Source of the DNA: Macrostomum hystrix
Taxonomy: Eukaryota; Animalia; Platyhelminthes
DNA length: 64,000 bases
Direction of reading: 5' to 3'
NCBI GenBank assembly: GCA_950097015.1
Contig: CATNEN010000038.1
Coordinates: 21,824,001-21,888,000 of the forward strand
The first letter of the stretch is position 1. Each line of letters starts with the position of its first letter. Both the position numbers and the translations under genes were made by a program. Shown piece by piece: positions 12,935 to 25,542 of the stretch. The notes under the pieces are model-generated. The model saw nothing but the letters and a program-made list of their open reading frames with translations, made no database searches and was not told the DNA's origin.

Positions 12935-13263
12935 TTATGACCCACCCGGTCTTTATGACTCATCTGGTCCCTATGGCTCATCTGGTCCTTATGACTCATC
13001 TGGTCCTTATGGATCATCTGGTCCTAATGACTTATCTGGTCCTTATGGATCATCTGGTCCTAATGACTCATCTGGTCCTTATGGATCATCTGGTCCTTAT
13101 GACTTATCTGGTCCTTATGGATCATCTGGTCCTTATGACTTATCTGGTCCTTATGGATCATCTGGTCCTTATGACTCATCTGGTCCTAATGACTCATCTG
13201 GTCCTTATGACTCATCTGGTCCCTATGGCTCATCTGGTTGTTATAACTCATCTGGTCCTTATG
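12935..13263. repeat. 18-bp tandem repeat ATGACTCATCTGGTCCTT downstream of the UBE2J1 stop
   Basis: About 18 copies; AATAAA at about 13366 suggests it lies in the 3' UTR. Confidence 0.92.
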
Positions 13264-13879
13264 AAAGTAGATAATCCTTGTCTTCGTTTTCCTTTGTGTG
13301 TACTTTAGAATGCCTATATCACATGTCTATGTTTTTACTATGCTTATTCCGAAAAAAGACTGCCCAATAAAAGCCGTTTTAGAAGTCTAAGCCTTTTGAA
13401 AGAGGTTTTAAATTAAAATTCTGGTGGCAGTTACTCTAGCTTATTTGCCTCGATGTGTGTTGTTTAATTTTATGTGCATGCTCTATGTCCTACTCAAAGT
13501 ACTGTATTGAATATCATAATTTTAGCTTAGCTTTACGGTGAATCCAATCCGGCACTCTATTTGCAGTAAGCTGTGTCGCCTCAATACGTTACTTTCGGAA
13601 TTCTTCAGTCTGTCTAAAAATTTCTGCCTGTTGCTGTAAACTTTTGTTTAGAACTCGAAACGTGATCATATTTGTCACAATTCAATAACTTCCCATTTTG
13701 CTTTTATGGTATCTAGTGCGCGCAAAAGCTTTGCTTTTTTAAAAAAACTTTATGTCTATATAAGAGGCAATTCTTCGTTTGCTAGTGGATTTGTTTCTAA
13801 ACAAAGTGCCTTATTAAGACTAATTGATCAGAACAATACTTGAAGTAATTTTGCAATACCAGATCCTCAAGTTATCGAC

Positions 13880-15030
13880 TCTGCACTCCCAGATGCACAA
13901 ATTATCCCCACCACACACTCCCAGGTCCTTAAATTATCCCCAACACCCCCAAGGTGGGGATAATCTTGCGCAGATTATCCCCATCGTTCTCTCAAATCCT
14001 CAAATTATTCCCACTCCACTCCCAGATTCGCTAATTATCCCTACTGCACTCCCAGATTCGCTAATAATCCCCACTGCACTCCCAGATTCGATAATTATCC
14101 CTACTGCACTCCCAGATTCGCTAATAATCCCCACTGCACTCCCAGATTCGCTAATTATCCCCCACTGCACTCCTATATTCGCTTTATTCCCACTGCACTC
14201 CCAGATTCGCTAATTATCCCCCACTGCACTCCTATATTCGCTTTATCCCCACTGCACTCCCATATTCGCTAATTATTCCCACTGCACTCCCAGATTCGCT
14301 AATTATCCCCACTGCACTCCCAGATTCGCTAATTATCCCACTGCACTCCCAGATTCGCTAATTATCCCCACTGCACTCCCAGATTCGCTAATTATCCCCC
14401 ACTGCACTCCTATATTCGCTTTATCCCCACTGCACTCCCATATTCGCTAATTATTCCCACTGCACTCCCAGATTCGCTAATTATCCCCCACTGCACTCCT
14501 ATATTCGCTTTATCCCCACTGCACTCCCATATTCGCTAATTATTCCCACTGCACTCCCAGATTCGCTAATTATCCCCACTGCACTCCCAGATTCGCTAAT
14601 TATCCCACTGCACTCCCAGATTCGCTAATTATCCCCACTGCACTCCCAGATTCGCTAATTATCCCCCACTGCACTCCCATATTCGCTAATTATTCCCACT
14701 GCACTCCCAGATTCGCTAATTATTCCCACTGCACTCCCAGATTCGCTAATTATCCCCACTGCACTCCCAGATTCACTAATTATCCCCACTGCACTCCCAG
14801 ATTCGCTAATTATCCCCACTGCACTCCCAGATTCGCTAATTATCCCACTGCACTCCCAGATTCGCTAATTATCCCCCACTGCACTCCCAGATTCGCTAAT
14901 AATCCCCACTGCACTCCCAGATTCGCTAATTATCCCCACTGCACTCCCAGATTCGCTAATTATCCCCACTGTACTCCCAGATTCGCTAGTTATCCCCACT
15001 GCACTCCCAGATTCACTAATTATTCCTAAT
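13880..15030. repeat. Minisatellite, about 30-bp unit ATTATCCCCACTGCACTCCCAGATTCGCTA
   Basis: About 35 copies upstream of an AG acceptor (TTTCAG, 15100) preceding NMD3. Confidence 0.95.
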
Positions 15031-15180
15031 TTTAGATCCTTAAATTCTCCCCGCTGCAATCTCAGAAGCTCAGGTATAACAAAATCGCCTACCATTTCAG
15101 AGGCTATTGGAAGTGTTCAAACAAGAATTGCCTAACTGATTAGCACTGAAAGCTCGCTCGCCGTTTTTAACTAACCCGCA

Positions 15181-18100
15181 ATGGCCACAGCCCTTAGTCA
15201 GATGCAGTGCTGCGAGTGCGGCACACTGATTGAGCCGAATCCCACAGCCATGTGCCTGCCCTGTCTGCGCAACCGGGTAGACATCACGGAGGGTCTGCAG
15301 CGCCAGTGTGTACTGTCCGTGTGCCCTAAATGTGCCAGAATTTTGCAGCCGCCAAATCACTGGATTACAGCCCAGCCAGAGAGTAAAGAACTGCTGGCGC
15401 TATGCTTGAAACGAATTCGTGGCCTAAATAAGGTTCGCTCTTAAATCTGGCCTTTTAAACTATATTTATTATGCAATACTTTTTTGCTTCTCTATCAACT
15501 CAAACGCTTTTCTAACGACTTAAACGCTTCTCAAACCAGGTGAACGTTTTTTTACATTGAAGCGCTTCTTAAACAGCTCAACGCTTCTCCAACAACTCAA
15601 ATGCTTCTTTAACGACTCAAACGCTTCTCCAACGACTCAAACGCTTCTCCAACGACTTAAACGCTTCTCCAACAACTCAAGCGCTTCTCCAACAACTCAA
15701 ACGCTTCTCCAACAACTCAAACGCTTCTCCAACAACTCAAACGCTTCTCCAACAACTCAAACCCTTCTCCAACAACTCAAACGCTTCTCCAACAACTCAA
15801 ACGCTTCTCCAACAACTCAAACGCTTCTCCAACAACTCAAACGCTTCTCCAACAACTCAAACGCTTCTCTAACGACTCAAACCCTTCTCCAACAACTCAA
15901 ACGCTTCTCCAACAACTCAAACGCTTCTCCAACAACTCAAACGCTTCTCCAACAACTCAAACGCTTCTCTAACGACTCAAACCCTTCTCCAACAACTCAA
16001 ACGCTTCTCCAACAACTCAAACCCTTCTCCAACAACTCAAACGCTTCTCCAACAACTCAAACGCTTCTCCAACAACTCAAACGCTTCTCTAACGACTCAA
16101 ACGCTTCTCCAACAACTCAAACCCTTCTCCAAAGACTCAAACTTTTACTCCCATTTTCCTTTTATCCGGTCTGCCAGATTTTTAAAGCCATTTTTTTCTA
16201 TAAAACAGAAAACCTGGCTTCAAAAACTACTTTCCAGGTGCGCCTCGTTGACGCCGGCTTCATCTGGACCGAGCCGCACTCGCGCCGACTGCGTATCCGG
16301 GTCACTGTGCAAGCCGAAGTGCTTAACGGAGCCATCGCTGAGCAGACCTGCGAGATTGAATTCACTCTGTCGTCGCATCAGTGCGACGAGTGTAACCGAT
16401 CGGCCGCTAAGGATTTCTGGCGCGCCCTAGTGCAGCTCAGGCAGCATTCGCCTCATCCTAAGACTCTGCTTTACCTGGAGCAGCTGATTCTTAAGCATCA
16501 GGTTTGTAGCCTAGTCTTGTTAATTTCGTGCGTGTTACATCCTCCCCACTACCTAGCCAACAATAATCCCATTCACACTCACTCCTATTCACTCTAACTC
16601 ACAATCCCATTCACACTCACAACCCCATTCACACTCACTCACAATCCTATTCACACACTCACTAACCCATTCACACTCACTACCCCTTTAAAACACACAA
16701 TCCCATTCACACACACTCACTAACCCATTCACACTCACTACCCCATTCACACTCACTCACTAACCAATTCACACTCACTACCCCATTCAAACACACTCAC
16801 TAACCCATTCAAACACACTCACTAACCCATTCACACTCACTCACTAACCCATTCACACTCACTCACTAACCCATTCACACTCACTACCCAATTCACACTC
16901 ACTCACTAACCCATTCACACTCACTCACTAACCCATTCACACTCACTCATTAACCCATTCACACTCACTACCCCATTCACACTCACTCACTAACCAATTC
17001 ACACTCACTACCCCATTCACACTCACTCACTAACCAATTCACACTCACTACCCCATTCAAACACACTCACTAACCCATTCACACTCACTCACAATCCTAT
17101 TGACGCACTTACTATCCCATTCACGCTCACTCACAATCCTATTCGCACACTCACTATCCCATTCAAGCTCCAATAAGCCATTCACCCAACCCATTCACAC
17201 TCCAATAAGCCACTCACCCACCCCATTCACACTCCAATAAGCCACTCACGCACCCCATTCACACTCCAATAAGCTACTCACGCACCCCATTCACACTCCA
17301 ATAAGCCACTCACCCAACCCCATTCACACTCCAATAAGCCACTCACCCAACCCATTCACACTCCAATAAGCCACTCACCCAACCCATTCACACTCCAATA
17401 AGCCACTCACCCAACCCCATTCACACTCCAATAAGCCACTCACGCACCCCATTCACACTACAATAAGCCACTCACCCACCCCATTCACACTCCAATAAGC
17501 CACTCACCAACCCCATTCACACTCCAATAAGCCACTCACGCACCCCATTCACACTCCAATAAGCCACTCACCCAACCCATTCACACTCCAATAAGCCACT
17601 CACGCACCCCATTCACACTCCAATAAGCCACTCACCAACCCCATTCACACTCCAATAAGCCACTCACCAACCCCATTCACACTCCAATAAGCCACTCACC
17701 CACCCCATTCACACTCCAATAAGCCACTCACCTACTGTCGCACCCACTCCAGGCGCACCGTGACTGCACCGGTGTCAAGCGCTGCGGCCCAAACGGGTTG
17801 GACTTTTTCTTCGCCCAGCGTCAGGACGCCAAGAGGCTGGCCGATTTCTTGGCTTCCAACTCACCGTCTCGCTGCCACACCTCCGAGACTCTGGTCTCGC
17901 ACGACACCCACTCGAATGTGTTCAATTATAAGTACACATTCTGCGTCGAGGTGGCTCCAATCTGCAAAGACGACGTGGTCTGCCTGCCGCCGTCGATTGC
18001 CCGCAAGCTGAGCTCCGTTGGCCAGTTCTGCGTTGTCTACCGCGTTACAGACCGGCTGCACCTGGTTGATCCCAAGACCTGCCGCACCGCTGAAGTCACC

Positions 18101-20323
18101 GGCAAGCACTTCTGGCAGGCGCCATTCCAGGTGAGCAGATTGATAGGAAAAACAGAGGGGAGAACCGTAAGCAAACAGATGGGAGAATAGTAAGCAAACA
18201 GATGGGAGAACAGTAAGCAAACAGATGGGAGAATAGTAAGCAAACAGATGGGAGAACAGTAAGCAAACAGATGGGAGAACAGTAAGCAAACAGATGGGAG
18301 AATAGTAAGCAAACAGATGGGAGAATAGTAAGCAAACAGATGGGAGAATAGTAAGCAAACAGAGGGGAGAATAGTAAGCAAACAGATGGGAGAATAGTAA
18401 GCAAACAGATGGGAGAACAGTAAGCAAACAGATGGGAGAATAGTAAGCAAACAGATGGGAGAATAGTAAGCAAACAGATGGGAGAACAGTAAGCAAACAG
18501 ATGGGAGAACAGTAAGCAAACAGATGGGAGAACAGTAAGCAAACAGATGGGAGAACAGTAAGCAAACAGATGGGAGAATAGTAAGCAAACAGATGGGAGA
18601 ACAGTAAGCAAACAGATGGGAGAACAGTAAGCAAACAGATGGGAGAATAGTAAGCAAACAGATGGGAGAATAGTAAGCAAACAGATGGGAGAACAGTAAG
18701 CAAACAGATGGGAGAATAGTAAGCAAACAGATGGGAGAACAGTAAGCAAACAGATGGGAGAACAGTAAGCAAACAGATGGGAGAATAGTAAGCAAACAGA
18801 TGGGAGAATAGTAAGCAAACAGATGGGAGAACAGTAAGCAAACAGATGGGAGAATAGTAAGCAAACAGATGGGAGAACAGTAAGCAAACAGATGGGAGAA
18901 CAGTAAGCAAACAGATGGGAGAACAGTAAGCAAACAGATGGGAGAACAGTAAGCAAACAGATGGGAGAATAGTAAGCAAACAGATGGGAGAACAGTAAGC
19001 AAACAGATGGGAGAATAGTAAGCAAACAGATGGGAGAATAGTAAGCAAACAGATGGGAGAATAGTAAGCAAACAGATGGGAGAATAGTAAGCAAACAGAT
19101 GGGAGAATAGTAAGCAAACAGATGGGAGAATAGTAAGCAAACAGATGGGAGAACAGTAAGCAAACAGATGGGAGAATAGTAAGCAAACAGATGGGAGAAC
19201 AGTAAGCAAACAGATGGGAGAACAGTAAGCAAACAGATGGGAGAATAGTAAGCAAACAGATGGGAGAACAGTAAGCAAACAGATGGGAGAATAGTAAGCA
19301 AACAGATGGGAGAACAGTAAGCAAACAGATGGGAGAATAGTAAGCAAACAGATGGGAGAATAGTAAGCAAACAGATGGGAGAATAGTAAGCAAACAGATG
19401 GGAGAATAGTAAGCAAAAAGATGGGAGAACAGTAAGCAAACAGATGGGAGAATAGTAAGCAAACAGATGGGAGAACAGTAAGCAAACAGATGGGAGAATA
19501 GTAAGCAAACAGAGGGGAGAAAAGTAAGCTATTAGGGGAGAATAAGATGCGAATTGAGGGGAGAGCAAGCAATATCAAAGTATAAAATACATTTCTATAT
19601 TGTATTTTGTATAAAAATAGAAAAGCAGTACAATACTGGTCTAAGGATAAGTCTAAGGATAAGTCTAATCTAAGGACCAGATGATGCCAACGTTTCTCTT
19701 GTCAGGCTCTCCAGGCGAAGCACACCACCTTCACTGTGACCAACTGTGAACCAGTCGATGAACAGCAGCAGCAGCAGGTTGCCCAGTCGAGTCGCTTCCT
19801 AACCGCCGATGTTTGGCTACTAACAGACAATGATCTGTCCTCTGACGAGGTCCACTGCCGCACCCATCTGGGCCGACTGCTGTCCTGCGGCGACACAGCC
19901 AAAGGCTTGGATCTGAGGCGCGCCAATTTGAATCACGCCGAATTAGATCGCCTAGTGGACTCCAAAGTGCCTGACGTTGTGCTAGTAAAGAAGATATATT
20001 CTACAGCCACTGGCGGTAGTCGGCGACGTCAGCGAAGGTGGCGTTTGCGCCGTCTCGAGGAGGCGGCCGCCTCCGGCGTTGGCGACGATGACGAAGGCGA
20101 TGGCGGCGCCACTTATCAAGACTTCCTAGACGACCTGGAAGAGGACAAGGAGCTGCGACGTGGCGTGAATATTTACAAGGAGAAGCTGACCGCCTCGGCA
20201 GCCGCCGCCGCCGCTGCAGCCGCCGCCGCCGAGGGCGATGGCGATGATAGGCCGGAGATTGGGCTGGACGAGATGTTGGACGAGTTGAATTTGGACGGCG
20301 GAGACGATGTTGACATGGAGTGA
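15181..20323 (+). CDS. NMD3: 60S ribosomal export adaptor NMD3; exons 15181-15432, 16238-16501, 17753-18130, 19706-20323
   Basis: 'CCECGTLIEPNPTAMCLPCLR', 'ESKELLALCLK', 'DAGFIWTEPHSRR', 'KTLLYLEQLILKH', 'YKYTFCVEVAPICKDD', 'PDVVLVKK', 'YQDFLDDLEEDKELR', C-terminal NES 'LDEMLDELNL'. Confidence 0.96.
15495..16142. repeat. Intronic minisatellite, 20-bp unit AACAACTCAAACGCTTCTCC
   Basis: About 28 copies in NMD3 intron 1. Confidence 0.96.
16565..17732. repeat. Composite C/A-rich intronic minisatellite (CCCATTCACACTC core; second block about 32-bp CCAATAAGCCACTCACCCACCCCATTCACACT)
   Basis: Two related arrays in NMD3 intron 2. Confidence 0.93.
18150..19530. repeat. Intronic minisatellite, 23-bp unit GTAAGCAAACAGATGGGAGAAYA
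   Basis: About 59 copies in NMD3 intron 3. Confidence 0.97.
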
Positions 20324-20360
20324 ATTTAATTGTTCGGCTTCGATTTGTACGGATGGTTTA

Positions 20361-20661
20361 GGCCATAGACATTCTGAGTTGCCACCACGCCCACCCAGAA
20401 CCCACCCCTTGTTGGTGGAAGTACCAATTTTATAGCTCGTGTTTAAATACATAGATTGCATTTCCAGATTCGAACTTCAGACCTCTCAACTAGAATTAAG
20501 AAACTCTACTAACACTGGGCAATAGTTAAAACAATTATTTCAAAATTATTTCAAAATAAAGCATTGAATAAACGTGGTATGTTTAGTATTTCTTCGCTAA
20601 AACCCCGGTGAGGTTTAAAATGGGTTTTTAGTCGATGTTCGTGTCCAATATGTCTATGGCC
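20361..20661. mobile_element. Possible MITE with short inverted ends GGCCATAGACAT...ATGTCTATGGCC
   Basis: 12-bp perfect inverted repeat about 300 bp apart. Confidence 0.4.
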
Positions 20662-21317
20662 CAATGTGTTTTGACGCGCTCTATAACAAGCTTATTAAGC
20701 TCATCAAACTTAGATAGTTCACCATTATTTTTCGATACCAAAACGCTTCCTAGCTACTTTCTGTTAGTAGCTTTAATGAGCATTAACATATAGTTAGTTT
20801 TTGTGAATTAAAAAGTGAACTATCCAATGTTTGAAGCGTCTGTTATGTCTTCTTTTAACGTTTTCAACTTCCAATTCAGTGTTTTTTTAGCCTCGAAGAA
20901 GTGAGTCTAAATAAAATAAAGAAAAAGTGTTTCTGTAAAGTTAAAATATTTTTCTGTGCTCATTTTTTCGATCTTTTCTCAGAGCATGAAGCCACAAAAA
21001 TATAAGTTAAATTATTTCAACGTATGGCAGTCAACCTACTGAATCTGAGCTGATTTTTTTGAAAAATAATTTTTGCTTTAGACTTTGTCTTGTTTTTTGT
21101 TTGTTTTTTGTTTTGTAGATTTAGCACTTTTAGCCGTTGGAACACTACTTGTGTTTTATTAAACTTTGTGACTTTAACAAAACACGATTATATAAACAAC
21201 TATTATTGATTAGATCACGTGAACTATCAATAGGAGAGTCATGAAATCGCAATTTGCAGCAGGTAGTTGGTTGAAGAACAACAAGTTGAGTCATATGGGG
21301 TTGTAGTATAGTGGTTA

Positions 21318-21737
21318 CCCGCTAAAATATAGGGATGTTTCTTTGGGTGATTCCAGTTGGAATCTGCGGTGTTTCCAGAAAAAGAAACAGCTGAGCGCTG
21401 GAAACATACCAATCGAATGATTCCATGCTTAGAATCTACCCAACTGGGCGTTTTCTCGGTGCTTCTTGGTGGCGAAATGGAATCACCCAAAGAATCCTCC
21501 AGTTCGGAAGATTCCATGCTCAGAAACCGCCGAGGAATCGCCCGTAAATAATGCTCTGGTTGTCCCATGGGCCACTGGTTCTGGTGATTCTCCGGCGGTT
21601 TCCGCACAATTTACGGTTACATCGGCTGCTTCCTGGGTGGTTTCTTTAACTCTTGCGAGATAAGGGGGATTTTGGTAGATTCCACTCCTATTTTGCACAA
21701 AAAACCCACCGAAGAAGCAGCCGAATTTTTTACAGGG
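21318..21737. mobile_element. Possible non-autonomous CMC/EnSpm-type element
   Basis: TA|CCCGCTAAAA ... TTTTACAGGG|TA: CCC/GGG termini with a 2-bp TA duplication; imperfect TIR. Confidence 0.35.
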
Positions 21738-21869
21738 TAGAGTCAAAACTTGAAAATCGGGGTTTCGAACCAAGATTGAATCTTTGAGCAAGACTTTTTA
21801 ACTCTGAATTGCTTCAATTCTAGCTGTTAGATTGAGATTGAGATTAAGCGGGGCGTCCCCACCCGATGA

Positions 21870-23360
21870 TCGAAGAGGACCGCAGAACATTAAAACAGGC
21901 GTGAACAGAAGAACAGAGGATGCACAAGAACGTGACAACAGAGGAGGACCCAGAACATGAGAACAAGCCACAACATGAGAACAGATAAGAACAGGCCAGA
22001 ACATGAGAACTAAGGAGGACAGACGAGAACTGAAGAACTGAGGAGGACAGACGAGAACAGAAGAACAGAGGAGGACAGACGAGAACAGAAGAACAGAGGA
22101 GGACAGACGAGAACAGAAGAACAGAGGAGGACAGACGAGAACTGAAGAACTGAGGAGGACAGAAGAACTGAGGAGGACAGAAGAACTGAGGAGGACAGAA
22201 GAACTGATGAGGACAGAAGAACTGAGGAGGACAGACGAGAACAAAAGAACTGAGGAGGACAGAAGAACTGAGGAGGACAGAAGAACTGAGGAGGACAGAC
22301 GAGAACTGAAGAACTGAGGAGGACAGACGAGAACAGAAGAACTGAGGAGGACAGAAGAACTGAGGAGGACTGAAGAACTGATGAGGACAGAAGAACTGAG
22401 GAGGACAGAAGAACTGAGGAGGACAGAAGAACTGAGGAGGACAGACGAGAACAGAAGAACTGAGGAGGACAGACGAGAACTGAAGAACAGAGGAGGACAG
22501 AAGAACTGAGGAGGACAGGCAAGAACAGAAGAACTGAGGAGGACAGGCGAGAACAGAAGAACTGAGGAGGACAGAAGAACTGAGGAGGACAGACGAGAAC
22601 TGAAGAACTGAGGAGGACAGACGAGAACAGAACTGAGGAGGACAGAAGAACTGAGGAGGACAGACGAGAACTGAAGAACTGAGGAGGACAGAAGAACTGA
22701 GGAGGACAGACGAGAACTGAAGAACTGAGGAGGACAGACGAGAACAGAAGAACTGAGGAGGACAGAAGAACTGAGGAGGACAGACGAGAACTGAAGAACT
22801 GAGGAGGACAGACGAGAACTGAAGAACTGAGGAGGACAGACGAGAACTGAAGAACTGAGGAGGACAGACGAGAACTGAAGAACTGAGGAGGACAGACGAG
22901 AACTGAAGAACTGAGGAGGACAGACGAGAACTGAAGAACAGAGGAGGACAGACGAGAACTGAAGAACAGAGGAGGACAGATCTGAACTGAAGAACAGAGG
23001 AGGACAGACGAGAACTGAAGAACTGAGGAGGACAGACGAGAACTGAAGAACTGAGGAGGACAGACGAGAACTGAAGAACTGAGGAGGACAGACGAGAACT
23101 GAAGAACTGAGGAGGACAGAAGAACTGAGGAGGACAGACGAGAACTGAAGAACTGAGGAGGACAGACGAGAACTGAAGAACAGAGGAGGACAGACGAGAA
23201 CTGAAGAACAGAGGAGGACAGATCTGAACTGAAGAACAGAGGAGGACAGACGAGAACTGAAGAACTGAGGAGGACAGACGAGAACTGAAGAACTGAGGAG
23301 GACAGACGAGAACTGAACTGAGGAGGACAGATGAGAGCAGAAGAACAAAGGAGGACAGTA
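21870..23360. repeat. Purine-rich composite tandem repeat (GAGGAGGACAGACGAGAACTGAAGAACT and shorter variants)
   Basis: Modules of 9-10 bp combined into 18- and 28-bp units. Confidence 0.95.
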
Positions 23361-24405
23361 TTGGAGATTAGGACCGGATGGATTAAGCAATGCCGTGCGC
23401 AGCGTTTTAAATTTAAAGGCACATGTTCTAAATCTGCCCAGTGTATAGGGGGCAGCCAGTCAGCCTATACTTGTCCGGATAATGAGGCTTTTGTGCATGG
23501 GGACTTGGCTCTCCTAGGGCTCCGATATCCACCGATGCCTTCAATTGTCAAAATTTACCGTGTCATTACCATCGCATGTCATGTAAAGCAGAAAAAATGA
23601 TAATGCTGTCATGCGCGCATTGGGAGTTGGTACTAAAGTCCTGAGCTGGAATTCGTCACGGCGACGCCGCATCATTTGGGAGAGAAGGTTTGCAGGCTTA
23701 ATTATCGCGTACACCAATGAGGGCCAACCCCACAAGGCAGTGAGAGTGTACACTGTCTGACGATAAGAACTCCACTCCCTGTGTGCATCTGCGTACACGA
23801 TGACACGTGACTGTGCTCATGGATTCCGGTAGACCGTTGCCAATTAGTGAGCCAATTTCCTACAGCCTCAGTGGTGAATATGGTCATTATTGGTTTCAAA
23901 AAAGTCGACGAAGTTAAGTATTCTCGCTTAATATTGCGTCCCTATGCTCAGACAATGCAAAGTTATTGTGGAGTCTTGATCGATTGGCACGGCATGCAGC
24001 AGTTGTTCTAAAAATGTTCATCCAATATCATCTAAACTTCAAATATTCTGGATGGGAAGCGCCGCATTTTCAACAGAAAAATGAGCTGCTCAGCTAATTA
24101 TAAAGCGGAGTCTAAACTTATGGTCATTTCCAGCAACCGCGCATATTCTGTCTCCCCTGTTTGACATATTTGATCGTATGTCAAATGAATAGTCCCTGAA
24201 TAATTAAAACAGCTGCCCAAGCGGAGGATGCGAAAGCATCGCAGTAAATATATAGCTTTGCCTATGGCGCCCATAAATATGAGGCCCTTTCCGGGTTTAA
24301 AAAATTACCAAGCGTTAGAAATTGCGCTTACAGAAATTACAGAAATTACAAATTAGAAAAAAACTGTCTGGGACTTAGAAAAGCGTAGTCTGGAACTCTT
24401 AGGCC

Positions 24406-25542
24406 ATGAGAGAATTTTCTCTTCTTGTGACGCTGCTTCTTCTGAGCCTCGGCTGTCACCAAGCAGCCGATGCTCAGAGCCATTGGGCCGAGCAGAGGGA
24501 CGACCTGAGCGAGTACCAGCTCGATGCCGTTCTTAACAATGTCAGAAGCGACCTGGAGTGCACGATCCTGGCTGAGTCGCGACATCAGGCGGTCCAGTTC
24601 AGTTCTGGCGAGCTCGGCACCTGCCGTCTGTACAGCTGCCAGCTGGGGCGAAGTGGCTGCAGGAAGTGCCGCAATGCCAGGAACTCAAGCCTGCCTCTGC
24701 TGCTGGTAACTACATGACCAAGCTTTTGCCTGTCTCATTGTGTCCACTCCACCTATTCCATGCCCCATTGAAAAGGCATCGCAGCTGTATGAGCTGCAAC
24801 AGCGCCTTCAGAGTCACCATCTTGATGCGATGTCTTGACGAGGATGCCCGCAAGAGAAAAATCCCAGCCCCAGGTCCTGCTCTGTAACTCCTTTGAATGC
24901 CTTGATCTATATTCTGCGATCGAATTGCAGGTGAGGCGTCTCGATGAGCTCGGACGCACCTGCTGGCGGACCTTCCAGCACCGAGTGGACGGCTCGGTGG
25001 ATTTCTACCGCAACTGGGCTGACTACCTGACGGAATTCGGTCAGGGAGAGGACAGAAACTACTGGATGGGTCTGGAGGCGATTCACCTGCTGACTCGGGC
25101 CGGCGACAGGCGAGTGAGGTGGGAGATGAGCGACTGGAACGGCACTCGCTACTGGTCGGAGGACACGTACTTCTCAGTGCAGGGCGTCGACCAGGGATAC
25201 CGAGTGAGCGTCGGAGCGCAGGACACCGCCAACTCGAATGTTCTCGGCTGCAACCGCACCGCCTTTCCCAACATGAACAATTCCCGATTCAGCACACCTG
25301 ATAAGGATCAGGACATCACTTCTGCGGAGCATTGCGCTGTCAAATTTCAAGGCTCGTGGTGGTACTCCCAATGCCACTGTTTTAATCCGAACGGCAGGTA
25401 CTTCACACCCCCAACTGCCCTGAACTTAGTTGACTCATTGTGGGCCAGCGGATTGACATTCCAAGGCGCAGTTCAAGTCTACCCGCTGACACAGAGCTAC
25501 TCGATGAAGACCTACGAGTGCATGGTGTCCGGATCACCTTGA
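24406..25542 (+). CDS. Secreted fibrinogen-related protein with N-terminal PAN/apple-like module; exons 24406-24705, 24931-25542
   Basis: Signal peptide MREFSLLVTLLLLSLGC; FReD motifs 'FQHRVDGSVDFYRNWADY', 'YWMGLEAIHLLT', 'FSTPDKDQD', 'GSWWYSQCHCFNPNG'. Confidence 0.88.

Noticed and set aside
12909-13308. GPYDSS / MTHLVL repeat proteins
   Set aside because: An 18-bp repeat is naturally open in frame; no signal peptide or splice support
15557-16237. N-terminal repeat part of the 346-aa ORF
   Set aside because: Intronic 20-bp array read through into NMD3 exon 2
17861-19578. Three 490-533 aa - strand ORFs
   Set aside because: Translations of the 23-bp intronic minisatellite, open in all frames because the unit lacks stops on that strand
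21798-23422. Ser/Leu-rich 470-530 aa ORFs
   Set aside because: Artefacts of a pyrimidine-rich tandem repeat
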